Shown here: in pieces, positions 20,081 through 32,643 of the stretch | Numbering within the stretch: position 1 is the first letter of the stretch | How the letters are laid out: each line of letters begins with the position of its first letter | NCBI GenBank assembly: GCA_026397255.1 | Contig: JAPLVF010000007.1 | Location: 3,129-67,128 of the forward strand | Direction: 5' to 3' | Origin: Candidatus Beckwithbacteria bacterium | Lineage (GTDB): Bacteria; Patescibacteriota; Microgenomatia; UBA1400; CG1-02-47-37 | Length of the DNA stretch: 64,000 nucleotides | Position numbers and translations under genes: made by a program | The notes under the pieces: model-generated | Database searches by the model: none | Seen by the model: only the letters and a program-made list of their open reading frames with translations | Told to the model about the DNA's origin: nothing

Positions 20081-20355
20081 TTTGGTTTGACTAACCTTTC
20101 CCGAAACTATCAGACCCTCACCTACTATAAAACAACGATCATTACCATGCGGAAAAACAAAACGGGCTCTAGACGCGATTCTACGCGGTTTTCCTGAGGA
20201 AAAATGAGCGATCAAACTATTTGTTATTAGTTAAAACTGTGATATAACCTGGTTCAATTGGCCCAGCCAATTTGTCGTTTTTTGAAAGTTGACGAATGGT
20301 CTTAATGATTTTATCAGGACTGTGCTTTTGTTTTGTCCTTGACAATAAATTATTA

Positions 20356-20370
20356 ATGTCGCACAATGTA
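20356..20370. repeat. Second copy of 15-mer ATGTCGCACAATGTA (degenerate dif-like half site)
   Basis: Exact 15-nt direct repeat of 19922-19936; right arm not conserved. Confidence 0.4.
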
Positions 20371-20386
20371 ACCGGTTGCGGAAAAT

Positions 20387-20395
20387 TTATCCACA
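20387..20395 (+). promoter_or_regulatory. Perfect DnaA box TTATCCACA
   Basis: Read directly. Confidence 0.5.
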
Positions 20396-20460
20396 GCTAA
20401 AACTTATAGTATGCGAGAAATCAATGATAAAAAAGATTGATATAGCAACCTATCCCCTAC

Positions 20461-20469
20461 TTATCCACA
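20461..20469 (+). promoter_or_regulatory. Perfect DnaA box TTATCCACA, 19 nt upstream of the xerD-like ATG
   Basis: Read directly. Confidence 0.5.
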
Positions 20470-20487
20470 TCCTGGCAGGTAAAAGAC

Positions 20488-21432
20488 ATGAGTGCTAAGG
20501 ATAAAATACAAACAAAAAACGAAGTCAGGCGTAATCAATATGTCGAAGAGTATTTGGAGTACCTGGAGATTGAACGGAACTGCTCGAGGCTGACAATCAG
20601 AAACTACCGGCATTATCTTTACCGTTTTCTCGAGTGGACAGACAAAAATCTAGCCAAGTTTGAGTTGACCCAGTTAAGTTTAGACCAGGTGACGAAGTAC
20701 CGGGTATTTTTAGCCAGATTTTTAAGTTTAAAAAATGAACCGCTCAGTCGGGCGACTCAGTCTTATCACGTTATCGCTTTGAGGTCGTTTTTAAAATATT
20801 TGATTAAGAGGGACGTAAAAACATTGGCGCCGGAGAAGATTGAGCTGCCGAAAAGCGAAAGTAAGTCGTTAAAATTTTTAACCGGAGAGCAGGTGGAAAG
20901 ATTGTTAGGCAGTGTGGGGATTGCCACCCTCTCAGAATTGAGGGATAAGGCGATTTTAGAGACTTTGTTTTCCACGGGCTTGAGGGTGTCCGAGTTGGTC
21001 AAGTTAAATAAGGGGGAAATCGATATAGACAGAGGTGAGTTCGGGGTCATTGGGAAAGGTGGCCGGCAGAGAGTGGTGTTTTTATCTAAAAGAGCCAAAG
21101 AGTGGCTGAAGCGGTATTTGGCAAAACGGGAAGACGAAGATGAGCCGCTGTTTATTAACTTACGGTACAAAGGGGATAAAGGTCGGTTAACTTGCCGGTC
21201 GGTGCAGCGGATTGTTAAAAAGTACGTCCGGGTGGCTAAATTACCGGTGAAGATTACCCCACATGGGCTAAGACATTCTTTTGCGACTGATTTGCTGACC
21301 GGCGGAGCGGATATCCGGGCGGTCCAGGAAATGCTGGGGCATAAAAATATCGCCACGACCCAAATCTACACTCATGTTACCAATCAGCGCTTAAAAGAGA
21401 TTTACGACAAAACGCATTTGGGAAACAGATAA
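20488..21432 (+). CDS. xerD: Tyrosine site-specific recombinase, XerD-like
   Basis: Catalytic R...HGLRHSFAT...LGHKNIATTQIYTHV (R-H-R-H-Y); XerD-like N-terminal core-binding domain. Confidence 0.85.
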   Translation: MSAKDKIQTKNEVRRNQYVEEYLEYLEIERNCSRLTIRNYRHYLYRFLEWTDKNLAKFELTQLSLDQVTKYRVFLARFLSLKNEPLSRATQSYHVIALRSFLKYLIKRDVKTLAPEKIELPKSESKSLKFLTGEQVERLLGSVGIATLSELRDKAILETLFSTGLRVSELVKLNKGEIDIDRGEFGVIGKGGRQRVVFLSKRAKEWLKRYLAKREDEDEPLFINLRYKGDKGRLTCRSVQRIVKKYVRVAKLPVKITPHGLRHSFATDLLTGGADIRAVQEMLGHKNIATTQIYTHVTNQRLKEIYDKTHLGNR

Positions 21433-21436
21433 CACA

Positions 21437-21459
21437 CCTTCAAGGATTATCCCTGTAGG
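21437..21459. repeat. REP-like imperfect palindrome copy a (CCTTCAAGGATTATCCCTGTAGG)
   Basis: One of four ~23 bp copies, two forward and two reverse, around and within the RAYT gene. Confidence 0.6.
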
Positions 21460-21473
21460 TATATGATTAATAT

Positions 21474-22136
21474 ATGCCGGCTAAAAATGTAATTAAGCAA
21501 TATAAGCCTAATAGTTATTATCATATTTACAATCGAGGTGTCGCGAAACAAAAAATCTTTTTAGATGCGGCTGATTATAAAAAATTCTTGAGTTATCTGA
21601 AGTTATATTTGATGCCATTTAACCTTCAAGGATTATCCCTGAAGGTGGCGCCCTCGAGAATGTTAAAAAACTATACCGATGAGGTTAAATTAATTTGTTA
21701 TTGTTTAATGCCTAATCATTTTCACTTGTTAGTTTGGCAAAAAAGTATTGATTCGATTAACCATTTTATGAGGTCATTAGGGACAAAATTTTCAATGTAT
21801 TTTAATCGTCGCTACAAAAGAGTTGGTCCAGTTTTTCAAAGTACTTATAAAGCGGTCGAGGTTGAGTCCGAAGAACAGCTGATTTATTTATCAAAGTACA
21901 TTCATTGTAATCCGAAAGATATATTGCCTACAGGGATAATCCTTGAAGGCTATAAATACTCCAGTTATCTAAATTATTTAGGGATTATTAACCAAAGTTG
22001 GGTTAAACACGAAGATATCTTAGAAATGCCTTTTTTCCGAGGAAAGAGTCTTTCTTACAAAAAATTTGTTGAAGAATCAGACGAAAGAGATTTAATTGTA
22101 ATCAAGAATGATCTATTAGAAGACCTACAGGGATAA
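21474..22136 (+). CDS. REP-associated tyrosine transposase (RAYT; IS200/IS605-like Y1 HuH transposase)
   Basis: HuH motif MPNHFHLLV; YIHCNP motif typical of TnpA_REP; flanked by inverted REPs. Confidence 0.7.
   Translation: MPAKNVIKQYKPNSYYHIYNRGVAKQKIFLDAADYKKFLSYLKLYLMPFNLQGLSLKVAPSRMLKNYTDEVKLICYCLMPNHFHLLVWQKSIDSINHFMRSLGTKFSMYFNRRYKRVGPVFQSTYKAVEVESEEQLIYLSKYIHCNPKDILPTGIILEGYKYSSYLNYLGIINQSWVKHEDILEMPFFRGKSLSYKKFVEESDERDLIVIKNDLLEDLQG
21623..21645. repeat. REP-like copy b (inside RAYT ORF, forward)
   Basis: CCTTCAAGGATTATCCCTGAAGG; encodes NLQGLSLK in frame. Confidence 0.6.
21927..21949. repeat. REP-like copy c (inside RAYT ORF, reverse)
   Basis: CCTACAGGGATAATCCTTGAAGG; reverse complement identical to copy a. 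Confidence 0.6.
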
Positions 22137-22146
22137 TCCTTGTAGG
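22124..22146. repeat. REP-like copy d (reverse; overlaps RAYT stop codon)
   Basis: CCTACAGGGATAATCCTTGTAGG. Confidence 0.6.
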
Positions 22147-22149
22147 TCA

Positions 22150-22593
22150 TTAGATTTTATAGACGGAATCGTAATCGTCAGGATCGCCCGCGGTTCCCTT
22201 ACAGTTTAAGAGAACTACCACAGTTGGTTTTTCTGAACCATCTGGGTCAATACACATATCTTGGTAAAGTTTGCGAGTGGAGATTTTTAGATAAGAGGCT
22301 AGTTTACTAAATGGTTCAAACGTTATAAACGTAGGTTCTTCTGCAGGAAAATTGATTATTATTCTTTTATCTGTACTTTCTTCAGCAAGCGGAAGTATTT
22401 CTTCTTCTAGCTTATGACAAATAATGATTACCGGAACCGGACCGACTTGGCCGGAAAAATATTTTAGAAGAGTTTGAGGAACTGTTTGTCTATCTGGATC
22501 AACAATAAGATGATTTTTAAGAAATTTTCCCAGATTACTGTCAAAAGATGCTGGTTCCCTAGTGACATTGCTAAATTCCGGTAATCTACTCAT
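22150..22593 (-). CDS. Hypothetical protein
   Basis: 147 aa acidic ORF between RAYT and gyrA; no recognised family. Confidence 0.35.
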   Translation of the reverse strand: MSRLPEFSNVTREPASFDSNLGKFLKNHLIVDPDRQTVPQTLLKYFSGQVGPVPVIIICHKLEEEILPLAEESTDKRIIINFPAEEPTFITFEPFSKLASYLKISTRKLYQDMCIDPDGSEKPTVVVLLNCKGTAGDPDDYDSVYKI

Positions 22594-22650
22594 ATTTTTA
22601 ACAAAAAACTGCCTCTCTGGGCAGTTGATTAAAGTGATTATACCACATTT

Positions 22651-25212
22651 TTATTCTTCTTCTGTTTCCTGTTTTTCCAAGAGGGCGACGGCGGCGACGG
22701 AATCGGCAGATTTGGCAAAGCGCATTAAAATCACTCCTTGGGTAGTGCGGCCGATACGTTTAATGTTTTTCAAGGGCAATTTAATTACCTGGGCTTTTTT
22801 GGAAGTGAGAATGACGGTTTCAATAATTTCGGTGACCAGCTGGGCAGAGACTAGTTTGCCGGTTTTCTCAGTGACCTGACTGGCTTTAACACCTTTGCCG
22901 CCGCGTTTTTGCAAAGGATACTCGGAGATGTCGGTCCGTTTACCCAAACCTTTTTCCATGACTACTAAAATATCCTGGAAGAATTTTCGTTTACCCTTAA
23001 CCTTTTTACGCAGAGGGTTAAAAACCGCCATGCCGACAACATAATCAGTCGGATTTAAGCGGATGCCCCGAATACCGCGGCAAGACCGGCCCAAAGGACG
23101 ACTATCGGTTTCGTTGAAATGAATTGACTGGCCGGAATAGGAAACTAAAAGAATGTGGTCGTGGCCGGAAGTCTGCTTGACCCAAACCAGTTGGTCATCC
23201 TTATCCAGTTTAATGGCAATAATTCCGCTACTACGAATGTTGCTGTAAGCGGCAGTGGCGGTTTTTTTAATCACGCCCTGACGGGTAACCATTAACAGAT
23301 AACCTTCGTTGAGTTTGTCTTTGGCTAAACTTAAAACTGACTGGATTTTTTCCGTTGATTCGATATTGATTAAATTAATGATTGCCTGACCCTTGGCTTG
23401 GCGGGAGCCGGCGGGAATTTCATAAACTTTTAACCTAAAAACCCGCCCCTTGTCCGTAAAGATCAAGAGAACGTCGTGAGTATTAGCGGAAAAAATCTGA
23501 TTAACCTCATCTTCTTCTTTGGTAGCCATACCGGTGACGCCTTTGCCGCCGCGGCGCTGAGAACGGTAAGTATTCATCGGCATGCGTTTGATGTAGCCGG
23601 TTTTGGTCATGGTGACGAGACAAGCTTCTTCCGGTTCCAGGTCTTCTTCGGAAAACTGTTTTAAAGAGTTTTTAATAATTTTGGTGCGGCGCGGGTCGGC
23701 ATATTTTTGCTTTAAATCCTTTAATTCCTGAGTGATGGTAGTAATAACTTTAGCCGGATTCAACAGCAAGGCAATCAAAATATCAATAGTTTTTTTGATG
23801 GCCCGATACTCGTCTTCAATTTTTTGTCTTTCCAGGGCGGCCAGGCGCCTAAGTTGCATATCCAAAATTGCTTGGGCCTGAATTTCCGAAAGCTTGAATT
23901 TTTTCATTAAATTAATTTTGGCGGTATCGGCGTCTTTGGATTTTTTAATGGTGGTGATCACCGCATCTAAATTATCAAGGGCAATTTTCAAACCTTCCAA
24001 AATATGAGCTCTTAATTTGGCGGCTTTAAGTTCAAATTGAGTGCGGCGGATCACCACCAACTGGCGGTGTTTTAAATATTCTAAAAGGATTTGGCGCAAA
24101 TTAAGCAGTTGCGGCGTGCCGTCCACCAGGGCGACGAGATTAGCGGGAAAGCTGCTTTGGAGTTCGGTGTGTTTAAAAAGATTATTGAGAACGGCTTTGG
24201 GTTTGGCTTCTTTTTTCAATTCGATGCAGATTTGCAGACCTTGACGGTCGGATTCATCGCGCAGATCTTTGATGCCGTTTAATTTTTTATTGCGGACCAA
24301 ATCGGCAATTTTAGCAATGAGACGGGCCTTATTAACCTGGTAAGGCAACTGGGTAACTAAAATTTGAAACCGGCCTTTACGTTCAACAATTTCGGTTTTG
24401 GCCCGGACGATAATTGAACCACGGCCAGTGGTATAAACTTGTTCGATAGTAGCTTGATCGTAAATAATGCCGGCGGTGGGAAAATCCGGTCCGGGAATAG
24501 CGGCCATTAAATCGGCGGAGGTGACGGTTGATTCCAGACTGCCGGTTAATAATTCCGGGGCAACCGTTTCCGGATTAGTCAGTTTTTCCGGACGTTGCGG
24601 ATGAGGAATGATTTTAGTTTTGGTAACGACAATATTGATCGCGTTAACCACTTCACCTAAGTTGTGCGGGGGAATTTTAGTGGCCATACCGACAGCGATG
24701 CCATCGGCGCCCATTAACAAAAGATTGGGCAGTTTGGCCGGCAGAACCAACGGTTCTTTTAAGGAAGCGTCAAAATTGTCAATAAAATCGACGGTTTCCT
24801 GATTCAATTCGTTTAAAAGTTCGTCAGAGATTTTGGCTAAGCGGACTTCGGTATAACGCATGGCGGCGGGTGAATCGCCGTCAACCGAACCGAAGTTGCC
24901 ATGGCCGTCCACCAGAGGGTATCTTAAAGAAAAATCCTGGGCCATTCGGACCATGGCGTCATAGACAGCCATATCGCCGTGCGGATGGTATTTACCTAAA
25001 ACTTCGCCGACGACGCGGGCGGATTTTTTGTAGGCGGAGGAATGAGTAATCCCCTGCTCTTTCATGGCGTAAAGAATCCGGCGGTGGACAGGTTTTAAAC
25101 CATCGCGGACATCCGGTAGGGCCCGAGCGACAATTACGCTCATGGCATAGTCCAAGTAACTCCGCTTCATTTCGGAAGTGATCTCGACCGGCTGGAGTTT
25201 ACCGATATCCAT
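22651..25212 (-). CDS. gyrA: DNA gyrase subunit A
   Basis: Active-site region AMRYTEVRL; GyrA-box QRRGGKG present. Confidence 0.95.
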   Translation of the reverse strand: MDIGKLQPVEITSEMKRSYLDYAMSVIVARALPDVRDGLKPVHRRILYAMKEQGITHSSAYKKSARVVGEVLGKYHPHGDMAVYDAMVRMAQDFSLRYPLVDGHGNFGSVDGDSPAAMRYTEVRLAKISDELLNELNQETVDFIDNFDASLKEPLVLPAKLPNLLLMGADGIAVGMATKIPPHNLGEVVNAINIVVTKTKIIPHPQRPEKLTNPETVAPELLTGSLESTVTSADLMAAIPGPDFPTAGIIYDQATIEQVYTTGRGSIIVRAKTEIVERKGRFQILVTQLPYQVNKARLIAKIADLVRNKKLNGIKDLRDESDRQGLQICIELKKEAKPKAVLNNLFKHTELQSSFPANLVALVDGTPQLLNLRQILLEYLKHRQLVVIRRTQFELKAAKLRAHILEGLKIALDNLDAVITTIKKSKDADTAKINLMKKFKLSEIQAQAILDMQLRRLAALERQKIEDEYRAIKKTIDILIALLLNPAKVITTITQELKDLKQKYADPRRTKIIKNSLKQFSEEDLEPEEACLVTMTKTGYIKRMPMNTYRSQRRGGKGVTGMATKEEDEVNQIFSANTHDVLLIFTDKGRVFRLKVYEIPAGSRQAKGQAIINLINIESTEKIQSVLSLAKDKLNEGYLLMVTRQGVIKKTATAAYSNIRSSGIIAIKLDKDDQLVWVKQTSGHDHILLVSYSGQSIHFNETDSRPLGRSCRGIRGIRLNPTDYVVGMAVFNPLRKKVKGKRKFFQDILVVMEKGLGKRTDISEYPLQKRGGKGVKASQVTEKTGKLVSAQLVTEIIETVILTSKKAQVIKLPLKNIKRIGRTTQGVILMRFAKSADSVAAVALLEKQETEEE

Positions 25213-25221
25213 AAATTTAGT

Positions 25222-27219
25222 TTATTTACCAATGAATTGAATAACAAAAGGCGCGATTAATAAAGCCACAATCTGGACAATTTTCATCATCGGATTAAGA
25301 GCCGGTCCAGAGGTGTCTTTTAAGGGGTCGCCGACAGTATCGCCGACGACCGCCGCTTTATGGGCATCACTGCCTTTGCCGCCGAAGTGACCATCCTCGA
25401 TGTATTTTTTGGCATTGTCCCAAGCGCCGCCACCATTACACATAAACAGGGCTAAGGTTAAGCCGGAAACAACCACGCCGCCCAAAAAACCGCCTAAAGC
25501 TTCAGCGCCTAACAAGCTGACGATAATAGGAAAAGTAATCACAATGGCAGCCGGAATGATCAGTTCTTTTTGAGCAGCGGCGGTAACAATGGTGACCGCC
25601 CTAGAATAATCCGGTAAATTTTTCCCTTCCATGATGCCTTTGATGGTCTTAAATTGCCGGCGGACCTCTTCAACGACTTCAAAGGCGGCACGGCCAACTG
25701 AACCGATCAAGCGGGAGCTGAACAAGAACGGTAGACTGACGCCTAATAAAAGCCCGATAAAGACTTTGGGGTTGGCAATGTTGATTGCATTTAGTTTGGT
25801 CGCTTCAAAATAAGTGGCAAATAAGGAGGAAGCGGCCACGGCGGCAGAGCCGACAGCAAAACCTTTGGTTAAGGCTTTAGTGGTGTTGCCGACAGCATCC
25901 AGGTTGCTGGTGACTTTTGGGGCCTTACCCTGTAAATGGGCCATTTCGACCATACCCTGGGCGTTATCACTAATCGGGCCAAAAGTGTCCAAAGACATAA
26001 TAATGCCGGTGGTAGCCAGCATGCCCATACCGGCCAGAGAGATACCGTAAAAACCTAAAAATAGATAACCAAGCAAGATTGTGGCAGCCACAATTAAGAC
26101 CGAGAAAAAAGTCGACTCCATACCTAAAGCCAGACCGCTGATTAAATTTGTGCCGGCGCCGGTTTGAGCGGCTTTGGCAGTGGTAACGACCGGTTTTTCA
26201 CCTGGTCCGGTATAGTATTTGGTGACGTAAAGTAAAGCCAGCATGGCGACAATACCGGTGACGGCGGCGTAACCCGCCTTTGGTTCGCCTAAAAGAAAGG
26301 TGGCCAAAAGCATAAAAATAATGATGGCGGCCACAGCGGAAACAATAAAACCACGGATTAAGGGTTTGATCGGATCTTCCCGATCGGACTTAGCTTTGAC
26401 AAAAAAGGTGCCTAAAATTGAGGTTAGGATTGCGCCGGAACGGGCTAGCAGAGGGAAAACGACCCCTTTTAGGCCAAACATCGCTCCGCCTAAAATCATG
26501 GCGGCAACAATAGTTAGGGCGTAAGATTCAAAAACATCGGCGGCCATACCGGCGCAGTCACCCACATTATCACCGACATTATCAGCGATGACGGCGGGGT
26601 TACGCGGATCGTCTTCCGGTATCCCCTTCTCCACTTTACCGACCAGGTCAGCGCCGACATCGGCGGCTTTGGTGAAAATACCACCGCCTACCCGCATAAA
26701 TAAAGCGATTAAGGCGGCGCCGAAGCCATAGCCCACTAACACCTGAGTGGCGTCAGTGTGGCTAAAATAAGACCAAACGTAGATTAAAGAAACACCCAAC
26801 AAACCTAAACCAACCACCAACATACCGTTAACCGTCCCGGCGGAAAAAGCAGTTTTTAAAGCCGGGTTTAAACCTTTTAAGGCGTTGTTAGCCGTGCGGA
26901 CATTCGCTTTAACGGCAATCCACATGCCTAAATAGCCAATCAGGGCGCTAAAAAACGCCCCCATCAAAAAAGTGGCGGCAATCCCCTTCCCTAGACCGAA
27001 ATAAATCGCTAAAGTTAAAACTACCACAATGGGTAGAATGACTATAAATTGTTTTTTTAAGTAAGCCATGGCGCCATTTTGAACGGCCAGAGCGATTTGT
27101 TGAAGTTTCTCGTTTTCGACCCCTTCTTTTAAGATTTTTTTAGTTAAAATAAAACCGTAAATTAAGGCAGTAATGGCAGTGGCCGGGGCAAACAGAAGAG
27201 CAATAATCTGGATATTCAT
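25222..27219 (-). CDS. hppA: Membrane-bound proton-translocating pyrophosphatase (K+-independent type)
   Basis: GDNVGDCAGMAADVFESY motif; GNTTK (Lys) variant; ~15 TMs. Confidence 0.9.
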   Translation of the reverse strand: MNIQIIALLFAPATAITALIYGFILTKKILKEGVENEKLQQIALAVQNGAMAYLKKQFIVILPIVVVLTLAIYFGLGKGIAATFLMGAFFSALIGYLGMWIAVKANVRTANNALKGLNPALKTAFSAGTVNGMLVVGLGLLGVSLIYVWSYFSHTDATQVLVGYGFGAALIALFMRVGGGIFTKAADVGADLVGKVEKGIPEDDPRNPAVIADNVGDNVGDCAGMAADVFESYALTIVAAMILGGAMFGLKGVVFPLLARSGAILTSILGTFFVKAKSDREDPIKPLIRGFIVSAVAAIIIFMLLATFLLGEPKAGYAAVTGIVAMLALLYVTKYYTGPGEKPVVTTAKAAQTGAGTNLISGLALGMESTFFSVLIVAATILLGYLFLGFYGISLAGMGMLATTGIIMSLDTFGPISDNAQGMVEMAHLQGKAPKVTSNLDAVGNTTKALTKGFAVGSAAVAASSLFATYFEATKLNAINIANPKVFIGLLLGVSLPFLFSSRLIGSVGRAAFEVVEEVRRQFKTIKGIMEGKNLPDYSRAVTIVTAAAQKELIIPAAIVITFPIIVSLLGAEALGGFLGGVVVSGLTLALFMCNGGGAWDNAKKYIEDGHFGGKGSDAHKAAVVGDTVGDPLKDTSGPALNPMMKIVQIVALLIAPFVIQFIGK

Positions 27220-27232
27220 ATTTCTCCTATAA

Positions 27233-29858
<2,626 letters not shown>

Positions 29859-29884
29859 ATTTAATAGTATATAATAGTTTTATT

Positions 29885-31588
29885 ATGCCTGCCCAAGACC
29901 TTAAATTACTGGATTTTCTTTTGGAAAAGTCATTACTTAAAAAAAGTGACTATGAGCGGATTAAGACAGAGGTTTTGGGTTCGGCGGCCGGGGCGGAAGA
30001 ATTGTTAATCAAACATAATTTAGTCTCCGAGAACAAAATTACTCAGACGAAGGCGGAGTTACTTAAAGTGCCTTATTTAGATGTTTCCACTGTGAGCGCC
30101 AGTCCGGAAGCATTAAATTTACTGCCGCAGACGGTCGCGGAAAAATATTTAGTTTTACCGTTTTCCCTTGATAAAAATCAAAAGACATTATCCGTGGTAA
30201 TGGCCAATCCCGTGGACTTGCAGTCTTTGGAGTTTATTGAGAGAAAAACCGGGATGAGATTAAAATTATTTTTAGGCGAGCCAAGTAAACTGGTAAAGAT
30301 AATCGATGAACATTACACCCAGAGCTTGTCGACAGAAGTGACGGAGGCATTAAAAGAAACTACTACTATTAAGTCAGAAAAAATAGCTTTGGATGAGTAT
30401 AGCGGCGGAGTGATACGGGAGGCACCGATTGCTAAAATTGTGTCGACAATTTTAGAGTTTGCCATTAAGGCAAGAGCTTCCGATGTGCACATTGAGCCAT
30501 TGGAAGATAAAACCAGGGTGAGGTACAGAATTGACGGAATTTTATACGAGAAACTGATTTTACCCAGAAATGTTCATGACAGTGTAATTTCGAGAATTAA
30601 AATTTTGGCAGGAATGAAAATTGACGAAAAACGTTTACCTCAGGATGGTCGGTTTAATTTTAAGGCCGGTGCAGAAGAAGTGGATTTAAGAATTTCTTCT
30701 TTACCTTCGGTCTGGGGGGAAAAAATGGTGATGCGGTTACTAAAAAAGGAACTTAAAGTGCCGGATTTGCCGGATTTGGGGCTAAGAGGGATGGCGTTGA
30801 CTAATTTACAAACAGCGATTCGGGTTCCCCACGGAATTATTTTGATAACCGGGCCGACCGGTTCGGGAAAAACGACCACTTTATATTCACTGCTCTCAAA
30901 AATTAACACACCCCGGGTGAATATTTTAACTTTGGAAGATCCGGTGGAATATCAAATTCCCGGGGTTAACCAAGTCCAAGTGAATCCACAGGCGGGACTG
31001 ACTTTTTCTTCCGGATTGCGGTCATTTTTGCGCCAGGACCCGAACATTATTATGGTAGGCGAAATCCGGGATAAGGAAACGGCGGAGTTAGCGATTCAGG
31101 CATCTTTAACCGGCCATTTGGTTTTTTCAACCTTACACACGAATAGCGCTTCGGGAGCACTCCCTAGGCTTTTGGATATGGAAATGGAACCGTTTTTGCT
31201 GGCTTCATCCATGACTTGCATTGTTGGTCAACGGGTCTGCCGGCAGATTTGTAAGTTTTGCAGAGAAAGTTATACTCCCCCGGCTGCGGTAGTAGCGGAT
31301 ATTAAAAAAGTGCTGGGCCCGTTATTAAAATCAGATGACTTTAAGCTATATCGAGGAAAGAAATGTCAGGAGTGTAACGGCACCGGTTATTTGGGCAGAA
31401 TCGGGATTTTTGAAGTGCTGCCGGTAACGGAAAAAATCGGCCGCTTGATTTTAGAGCGGGTGCCTTCCAGTAAAATTGAAGCAGAGGCAAAAGAAAGTGG
31501 TATGATTGATATGAAACAAGATGGTTATTTAAAAATAGTGGAGGGCATGACGACTCTAGAAGAGGTTCTCAGAGTCGCTGAAGATTAA
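29885..31588 (+). CDS. pilB: Type IV pilus assembly ATPase PilB (GspE family)
   Basis: N-terminal GspII-like domain; Walker A GPTGSGKTT; tetracysteine motif. Confidence 0.85.
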   Translation: MPAQDLKLLDFLLEKSLLKKSDYERIKTEVLGSAAGAEELLIKHNLVSENKITQTKAELLKVPYLDVSTVSASPEALNLLPQTVAEKYLVLPFSLDKNQKTLSVVMANPVDLQSLEFIERKTGMRLKLFLGEPSKLVKIIDEHYTQSLSTEVTEALKETTTIKSEKIALDEYSGGVIREAPIAKIVSTILEFAIKARASDVHIEPLEDKTRVRYRIDGILYEKLILPRNVHDSVISRIKILAGMKIDEKRLPQDGRFNFKAGAEEVDLRISSLPSVWGEKMVMRLLKKELKVPDLPDLGLRGMALTNLQTAIRVPHGIILITGPTGSGKTTTLYSLLSKINTPRVNILTLEDPVEYQIPGVNQVQVNPQAGLTFSSGLRSFLRQDPNIIMVGEIRDKETAELAIQASLTGHLVFSTLHTNSASGALPRLLDMEMEPFLLASSMTCIVGQRVCRQICKFCRESYTPPAAVVADIKKVLGPLLKSDDFKLYRGKKCQECNGTGYLGRIGIFEVLPVTEKIGRLILERVPSSKIEAEAKESGMIDMKQDGYLKIVEGMTTLEEVLRVAED

Positions 31589-31590
31589 TT

Positions 31591-32643
31591 ATGGAGATAA
31601 AGTCTTTATTAGGTCTCGTGGTTGAAAAAAAAGCTTCAGACTTGCATTTGACGGTGGGGGTGCCGCCCTACCTCAGGATTAATGGTGAATTAGAGCCGGT
31701 CGGTCAAGAAGTGGTGACGGCCGAGATAGCCAAGGCATTAATTTTTCCATTGTTAACTCCGGAGCAAAAAGACACGTTTTTGGTCAATAAAGAATTAGAT
31801 TTTTCTTTTGCTTTTGGACATTTAGGTAGATTCAGGATAAATGTTTATTACCAGAAAGAGACAATGGCGGCGGCATTAAGATTGGTGACTGAGAAAATAA
31901 AAAGCATCGAGGAATTAGGCTTGCCGAAAATTTGCCATTTGGTTACTGAATTAAAACAGGGATTTGTATTAGTGACCGGACCAACCGGGCATGGGAAAAG
32001 TACAACTTTGGCGGCAATTATTGATGAAATCAACAAGACCAGGGCAGAGCATATTGTGACGATTGAAGATCCGATTGAGTATGTTTATACACCGCAAAAG
32101 AGCATCATCTCCCAGCGGGAAATGCATGGTGATACTCACTCCTGGTCAGTGGCTTTGCGGTCGGTTCTAAGGGAAGACCCTAATGTGGTGTTGGTCGGAG
32201 AAATGCGGGATTACGAAACGATTGCCGCGGCCCTGACGGTGGCAGAGACCGGGCATTTGGTGCTAGCGACACTACATACTAATAATGCGGCCCAGACAGT
32301 TGACCGGATCGTGGATGTTTTTCCGGAAAGCCAGCAAGCCCAAGTGAGAACTCAGTTAGCGAATACCTTGGCGGCAGTAATCAGCCAAAGATTGCTGCCG
32401 ATAATCGGCGGCGGCCGGGCAGCGGCAACAGAAGTGCTTTTAGGTTCTGCGGCAGTAAAAACAACGATCAGGGAAGGAAAATCCCATTTGATTAACAACA
32501 TTATTCAGACCTCCGGAGATTTAGGAATGCATACTTTGGAACAGGATTTAGCCCGTTTAGTCAACGAGAGTAAAATCGATTTTAAAGTGGCTCTAGGCTA
32601 TGCTTTAAACCCGGCAGAGTTAGAGCGTCTGGTTAAAAGATAA
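31591..32643 (+). CDS. pilT: Type IV pilus retraction ATPase PilT
   Basis: Walker A GPTGHGKST; PilT-like length and motifs. Confidence 0.85.
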   Translation: MEIKSLLGLVVEKKASDLHLTVGVPPYLRINGELEPVGQEVVTAEIAKALIFPLLTPEQKDTFLVNKELDFSFAFGHLGRFRINVYYQKETMAAALRLVTEKIKSIEELGLPKICHLVTELKQGFVLVTGPTGHGKSTTLAAIIDEINKTRAEHIVTIEDPIEYVYTPQKSIISQREMHGDTHSWSVALRSVLREDPNVVLVGEMRDYETIAAALTVAETGHLVLATLHTNNAAQTVDRIVDVFPESQQAQVRTQLANTLAAVISQRLLPIIGGGRAAATEVLLGSAAVKTTIREGKSHLINNIIQTSGDLGMHTLEQDLARLVNESKIDFKVALGYALNPAELERLVKR

